From: Amphiscolops sp. MND2022
Taxonomy: Eukaryota
Length of the DNA: 64,000 nt
Assembly (NCBI GenBank): GCA_964187785.1
Contig: OZ076413.1
Location: 56,482,001 to 56,546,000, forward strand
Direction: 5' to 3'
Shown here: positions 58,252-64,000 of the stretch, in pieces
How the letters are laid out: every line of letters begins with the position of its first letter
How positions within the stretch are numbered: position 1 is the stretch's first letter
Made by a program: the position numbers and the translations under genes
The notes under the pieces: model-generated
What the model was told of the DNA's origin: nothing
Seen by the model: the letters and a program-made list of their open reading frames with translations, nothing else
Databases searched by the model: none

Positions 58252-59429
58252 GAAACAAGAACTTAACTCTTAGAAACTTAGATGAAAATTTGAAGAAAAT
58301 CCTCACATTGCAAATCTTTAAACCCCCCCAAATGGGTTTTCTCGAAGTCTCTCAGTCATAGAGCCATGAAACTTGGCACACATACGCAGATAGCTAACAC
58401 GAACTCACCGGCTAAGTTTCAAGGTCATTCACCTATTATAACCCCCTTTACCCCTCACATGTGTGGTATTCAAGGTCATTGAACCGAAAATGTAAACATT
58501 GCTATTTACCCCTATGACCACATTAGAATGTAACTCTGTTGAAATTAATGATATTTACATAGTGTAAACATACTTTCTAACCCACCTGACCAACATGCCA
58601 AAACCACCACATTCTTTGTTTACATAGCCAATAACTTTAATAATTCACTTAAATGTCATTTATTTATACAACATATTTCAACTGATATTTGCTTATATTT
58701 ACTGTAGAATTGTAAACCATATGTATACCATTATTAGATAGAGATTTTCTCCACTGAATAGCAATAGTCAAGTTGGGTCTCAGGACCGCGAGACTAATTA
58801 ATCTACTTCTCAATCTTCACAACTTTTCGCTAGAGTCAGAGCGACTAAGTAGCTACTCTCATAGTTGGAGAGCCGGAGCGCGTGAAGATACAGTGAGGGA
58901 AGTGTGTGTGTGCAGGATCACATCGGATCCAAATCAGTGCAAAGAGGAATCGCAGGAGATTCCACGGGTCACATCGGACCCATCAAGCTAAAAGATACAG
59001 TCCTTTAAGACACAAAAAAAAAACAGGAATTGTTTAGTGACGGTCCACAGCACTAAGCAACGGATCAGGGCGGCGTAAAGCTTGTCAAGCCTCAGCGCAG
59101 GATAAAGGCAAGCAGCCGTTACACAGGGGTAGAAGTTCTTTCCCTTTCTGTCAAGATTTCTATTTCACCTTCTTTTTCAGAGGAGATGTCCACGAGTTCA
59201 TAGACGTCTCTGATGTTGCTCTTTTTGTTGTTCAACTGTCGCTCGTAATTTGATTGTTTAACAATGATTTTTAGGATTAGCTAGGATTAAGGTGAAAATT
59301 GGGAAAAATCCCTCTATTCTGATTGGTTAATCAATCATTTTAACCTTTTTTAAATCCCAGGTGTTAGCGTTTTGCTAACGTCGCGTTTTTATTGGCTGCA
59401 AATTGAATATTTCGTTTAGTCAATTTTGT

Positions 59430-59660
59430 CATGCTGACGTCAATTTCGCTTACGTCAAGCTGACGTGATGCTGACGTCAATTTCGCAATAGTTTTTGACT
59501 AGCTTTGATTTTTGTCACTGTTATGATGATGTCATTGTAGATTAGAAGATTAATTTCTTAACCTTGATAAACTTTTTTGTCGACGTTATGTCGATGCCGA
59601 TTTCGTTGGTGATTAGCCAACATTTCAGTTTTTGTCACCGTTATGATGACGTCGGTTCTG
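59430..59660. promoter_or_regulatory. Cluster of CRE-like TGACGT(C/G)A motifs between divergent ORFs
   Basis: TGACGTCA at 59435 and 59472, TTACGTCA at 59450, TGACGTGA at 59461, TGATGTCA at 59527, TGACGTCG at 59647. Confidence 0.4.
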
Positions 59661-59911
59661 GTTGTTGTTTTCATTTTCGGGTTTTGTTTTCAGATTTCTC
59701 GTTGTAATTGATCTCGATCTAGCTTCGTGTCGAGTTGATCCTGGTGCATAGAGTGGTCACGAGACGCAATTTCTCTTTTTGGAGGGAGATGTGCGTGATA
59801 GTGACGTTGACCTCATCAACCAGCCAGCCCTTGGTAAGCAATTTATCCCCGCTTTCCATTAAATTTTTGTTAAATATACTCTCATCTGTTAGGCCTTTCC
59901 TGTAGCAGTAT

Positions 59912-62900
59912 TTGCACTATTTAGGTTTTCTTGACGCGTCGGAGTTGGGGTTTGTTTTAGTGCTTGTTCCAAGTTCTTCTTTTGTGCCAGTCGCTGCAAC
60001 TGTCGGCGTTACTTCGTCAGCCCCTCCTGTTGTCATTCCGAATGATCCTGTGTCTTCCCGTCTCCCTGCTGATCTCTCTGCCATCTCTGTTGAGCCTCTT
60101 GGAGGGCTTTCCTTGAGCACAACTGTTATGGCTGACGCCGCTTCTACTTCAGCTATCATCGTTTCTGCCGTAGCTTCTGATGGAATAACTCTTCCTGATT
60201 CTCATGAGGGGGAGTCTGGAACCCCTTTGGAGGCAGTCTCGAGGGCGCTCTCTTCCGCAGTTGTGTTCGAGTCTCATGAAGGTGAGGATCATCCCCCCCT
60301 TTCTGGAGAAAGTGAGGAGGAAGAAACCGGACAAACTACTGGGGTAGTTGGTGGTCAGACGGTGACTTCTCGGTTCAGTATTTTCTGCCTGGGTTTACGC
60401 AGGCCTTTGCCAGTCAGACGCCTTCTCCTTCAGCTAAACGAGGTGAATGAATGAGGTCGAATTTCTTTCCATTTTCTTTCCCTTGTCTTCTTTTGTTTTT
60501 TTTTTGTTTTTTTTTCTGTTGATTGGTGTTATTGTATTATATAGTACGTATGGCTTCTGCTATTGAAAGTGGGGCTTATGGACAGGCATCTCCGAGTCGA
60601 CTGCTCCCAACGACACCGGAAGGTTTGTCAAAACCTAGAGGGTTCGAGTTTCTCAGCACTCGATGTGCGTCGCAGACTGCTAGATTGAGGGACGCTTTTG
60701 GCTCAGATTTAAAAGGGACCTGGGAGCTTTTCGTAGCAAGTACGTTGCCTCTTTTTCCCAGTATTTTGTGTGACTGTCAGTAGTTGTTATTCATCCCCTT
60801 GGTTGTGATTCATAGTTGTCCTCTGCCCGTTGTCGACGTTGGCGTGTCGAGTTAGTAGTATGCTACCTTGAAGAAATGGTGAATCGAGTAGAGGTTTCTC
60901 TCGAGAGTGCTTCTCCCGGTCGAAAAAGGGGTAAAGTTCGCGAAATCGACTTCGATGTTATATGGTGGCCAACCGTCCCTTTTTCGAGCTGTTTGTGAGT
61001 GGCTCTAGCACTGGATCGGATAAAATGTTCCATTGCACGATTTGTCACCGTGACGTATCAATGGAATCACGAGGGGCTCCCGAGTTTGTTAGTCACTTCT
61101 ATGGCAAGCGCCACTGGGAATTGGACGTGACATACCGGGTGCAGAACAACTTGCCCAGTGTCAATCGCCTTATGGATCCAATGGAGTTGTCAGAGTCTCA
61201 GGTCGAGATGTATATGAGTCATCCCTCTAAAGGCAAGTCCGGGGGCTTCAGCTTCCCCGAAGACCTTTTGCCACCGTGTACCCGCTTGGATTCATCAGTG
61301 CCTTTAATGACGATGGTAAACTGTCTGATCGAACTATTGTGATGTGGCGGGAGTTATACCTTGTTGCAGAGAGTGTGGGGCTGCTTCCGCGCGACCCTGG
61401 GCCGAGAGAACCCTCTCTATAAGTTGAATTGGAGCCGCCCCGAATCCTTGGTTAGTTGTCTTTTGTTTGCTGTGTGGCGTTTGTAATGATTGTTGAGTGA
61501 TGTTGTTGCCTTTGACTGTTGGTACGTTTGGTTGTCGGCAACCTTTTGACGCATTCTGTTCTGTTTCAAACGTTGCTGTCGTGCTATATTCCCTCGCGAT
61601 CTCTGTTTGCCCGAGTTACCTCCTTGAAGGAGTATAGCATTGTTTATGAGGAGCGCAGCGAAGATTTGTACTTTTTCGTGCGGACATGGGACGACACAAC
61701 TTTGCAAGATGGCTGTGTGCGTGTGGAATCTCTGGGGCAGCAGGTCCCGAAAGCTGAATTGTCGTGTATGTCTCGCTTCATTGACAGCCTTGCTTCTTGC
61801 CAGTGGCTGCTTGCCGTACAAGGTGGCAGTCCAACTTTGCATCGCGTGTTGAGCGACAACCGTATTGATGGGCTCCGTTTTATCGTCTGCCGCAAATTCA
61901 CAGAGGAGGTCTTTCTTCAGTGTTACCGCGAGGCTCATCAGGAGATTTTTGGCAGGCTGGAGATGACGTCAATGGTCGATTTCTTCATGCTACGTTTGCG
62001 TGGTGCCCTTGAAGAGCCCTGGATAAGACGTTGTGAACCTTCGACGATGTGTCATCGCTGGACAAGCCTCTTTCACTGAAATCTGTTGTGTCGTCTCAGA
62101 TTTATTTTCTGTGTGGGAGTCTGTTCGTGAACATGTACGTTATACTGGCCCTCCTCAGCTGCAGACTCGACCTGAAAGGGCATGTACATGCGTTCTTGGT
62201 GGGGTTCTGTCATATGTTAGGTCTAGGGCATCGTCATGACGTTCTAAATTGTGACTAGTTGAAGGTTCTTTTGATTGTGTTGCATTCTTCATTGTAATTG
62301 GATCTGCATTGTGTTGTAGATGCGTGGTATCGACTGGCTCCTGTTTTCGGAGAACACTAACGAATTGCGACTGGGTCTTTTTTTTCACATTTTGGAGTGG
62401 CGTTAGTATCTGTTTGTGTGTTTCATCAGTTGTTTCGAATATGGACGTTAGATGATGTCGTTGTTTAGACTTCTATTCTTTCAAGAAACAGCAGGCAAAA
62501 CGCAGTGACTATACCTTCCACTGTTACATGGAGCTATGTCAATTCATTCACTGTTTGTTGACCCGCAGTCGGAAAGTGTCTTCTTTACCACAATTGAACT
62601 CATGGGAAAATTATAAGGACTCAGAGAAAATTTCAAGTTTCGCCAAAGTTGGAGATACCGAGTTCCTCTGCAATTATGAATTTGGTGATGCTATGCGACA
62701 CAGGAATACAAGCGAGTTCAAAGACTTCTGCATGCAATGTCGTCGCCTAATTGATAGGTTTATTGACGTTATCTTGTCGCAGTTATTGGTATCGTCTGAG
62801 TTTCTGCAGGGTGTATACTGCTTTTGTCCCGAGCTGCTTTTGGGCGGAGACGACCTTTGTGTATTCAATCTATTCAGCAAGTTGGTTCGGGAGTTTGAAA

Positions 62901-63651
62901 GGAGTGGCGTTGTATTCAGTACACAGTCAAAATCAGCAGTTGAAAAATTTGCCCTATATGTTGTACACGTGCGTGCTCGCCATTTGTCTAGTGGAGGCCA
63001 CCAATCTGAGGAAATCTCGGACGTTGTCACGTACCATCTGTCTGATTTTGGCTTCTTGGGTCGGAAGAAATTATGTCGCGTTTTCAAACTGTGTTTGCTT
63101 TTGGCTCGGAGGCCTTTGCCACAATATCCTCAGGTGGAAGTCGATTTGGATGGATGTGCCGTGCCAGCTATCGTCATAAAGTCGTGTGTCCGAGGGATCC
63201 AGAGTTACGTTTCGGCCTGCAACTACAAACCAGGGGCATTTTTTTACTAAATATACCATGGAGTGCGTTCGTTCTGCTATTTCAGAGTCGCAGGATTGCA
63301 TGGGGAATGCCAGTTTCGATCCCTGGAATAGGATATGCAGCGACGGCTATGTAGTTTTTCTGGAGCGTTTCCATGGACTTTTTCAAAACCCATCTGTCAG
63401 GACGGAAGGGAGGAGCTCATGAGCGCTTGTTTCGCGGTAATCGGACTAATCCTAAACGTAGTGTCAAGGATAGCGATAAGTCTTGCACTGTGAGTCCCAC
63501 TTCGTCTGTTGTTTCTGCACCCCCGACTGGTACTTCGAGTGGTTCTGGGTCTTTCCGGCAGAGCAAAACCCGTATTCATAGCAGTTTGGCTTCTTTACTT
63601 GGGCGGAAGAAGGAACATAAGGAAAGTAAGCCTAGTGGCTCCAAAAAGTGA
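59912..63651 (+). pseudogene. Degenerate, probably spliced hAT-transposase-related gene
   Basis: CTICHRDVSMESRGAPEFVSHFYGKRH resembles the C2H2 finger of hAT-type transposases. Later blocks (YSIVYEE, FCMQC..LIDRF, LQGVYCFCPE, LCRVFKLCLL) resemble the hAT core and C-terminus. In-frame stop at 61342 and frameshifts at about 63245 and 63375. Confidence 0.45.
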
Positions 63652-63779
63652 TCAACAAAACGCGGTCAGAAAAGTCAAGAGCCTGAAGTAGAGAACAAGT
63701 AACTTTGCTATGTTGTCATTGTATTGCGTTGGACTGTTTTCGTAATTCGATTGTAGTTAGTTTGTTATTTCTTCTTGAA

Positions 63780-64000
63780 GTCTTTCTTCTACTTTCCAAG
63801 AAACTACCTTCAACCCTAGGTGATTTTGGCTTCGAAGGTCCCGCAACAATTACGTCCTGATCTAAGGGACGAGATTTTTCTACCTTTATTGGTGAAACTA
63901 AACCCTCACTACCACTTTCGGTGCTCTCCTGCTGATCGTTTTTTCTCTTTTGGCTACTTGTAGTCGATATTTTGAATGAAGAAAGTTTAGTTGGGAGAAT
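63780..64000 (-). repeat. Second copy of the 50098-50310 repeat
   Basis: Near-identical text (ctttccaagaaactaccttcaa...tttgaatgaagaaagtttagtt); runs off the window end. Confidence 0.85.

Larger units (their letters stand above)
52783..59123 (+). mobile_element. Young non-autonomous Bel/Pao-family LTR element
   Basis: LTRs 52783-53710 and 58197-59123 (~928 bp, TG...CA, only a handful of differences); TSD CAGGG (52778-52782, 59124-59128); PBS-like TGGTCCGCCGACCCGG at 53713; purine-rich tract before the 3' LTR. Confidence 0.95.
52152..59280 (-). pseudogene. Uncharacterised acidic, Ser-rich ORF (~260 codons) interrupted by the Bel/Pao element (59280-59124 + 52777-52152)
   Basis: Removing the element and one CAGGG restores the frame: ...EILTERERTSTP-VPKNYQKNYRIV...; no in-frame ATG near the start. 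Confidence 0.5.

Noticed and set aside
59912-63651. DIRS/Crypton tyrosine-recombinase element
   Set aside because: No RT, RNase H or R-H-R-Y recombinase motifs found; the zinc finger and block order fit a hAT-like protein better.

Overview
AT-rich animal (metazoan) genomic DNA; the species cannot be fixed from sequence alone. Bases 329-35217 (+) hold the 3' part of a spliced OXR1/NCOA7-family gene (GRAM-like segment and C-terminal TLDc domain). I could join ten exons by hand, with consistent splice phases at every junction except the last. The introns and the downstream 29 kb are full of transposons: an intact, very young Bel/Pao LTR retrotransposon (9470-16590, - strand; identical 222-bp LTRs, CTCAA target-site duplication), a decayed Ty3/Gypsy, a decayed Bel/Pao, a young non-autonomous Bel/Pao (52783-59123) that lacks RT/RNase H/integrase core, hAT-type remnants, a hAT MITE and several Helentron-like (HINE/DINE-type) non-autonomous families. 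Headline observation: between its pol stop codon and its 3' LTR, the intact Bel/Pao element carries an antisense, intron-containing gene (9726-10072 + 10155-10581, 257 aa). It encodes a JmjC-type 2-oxoglutarate/Fe(II) oxygenase with an intact H-x-D...H triad. The same element carries five copies of a 15-nt motif (GGGGAGACACTTTTT). Three are spaced 175-176 bp apart next to the JmjC gene, and two lie in the opposite orientation inside gag-pol. All homology calls come from motif recognition, not from database searches.
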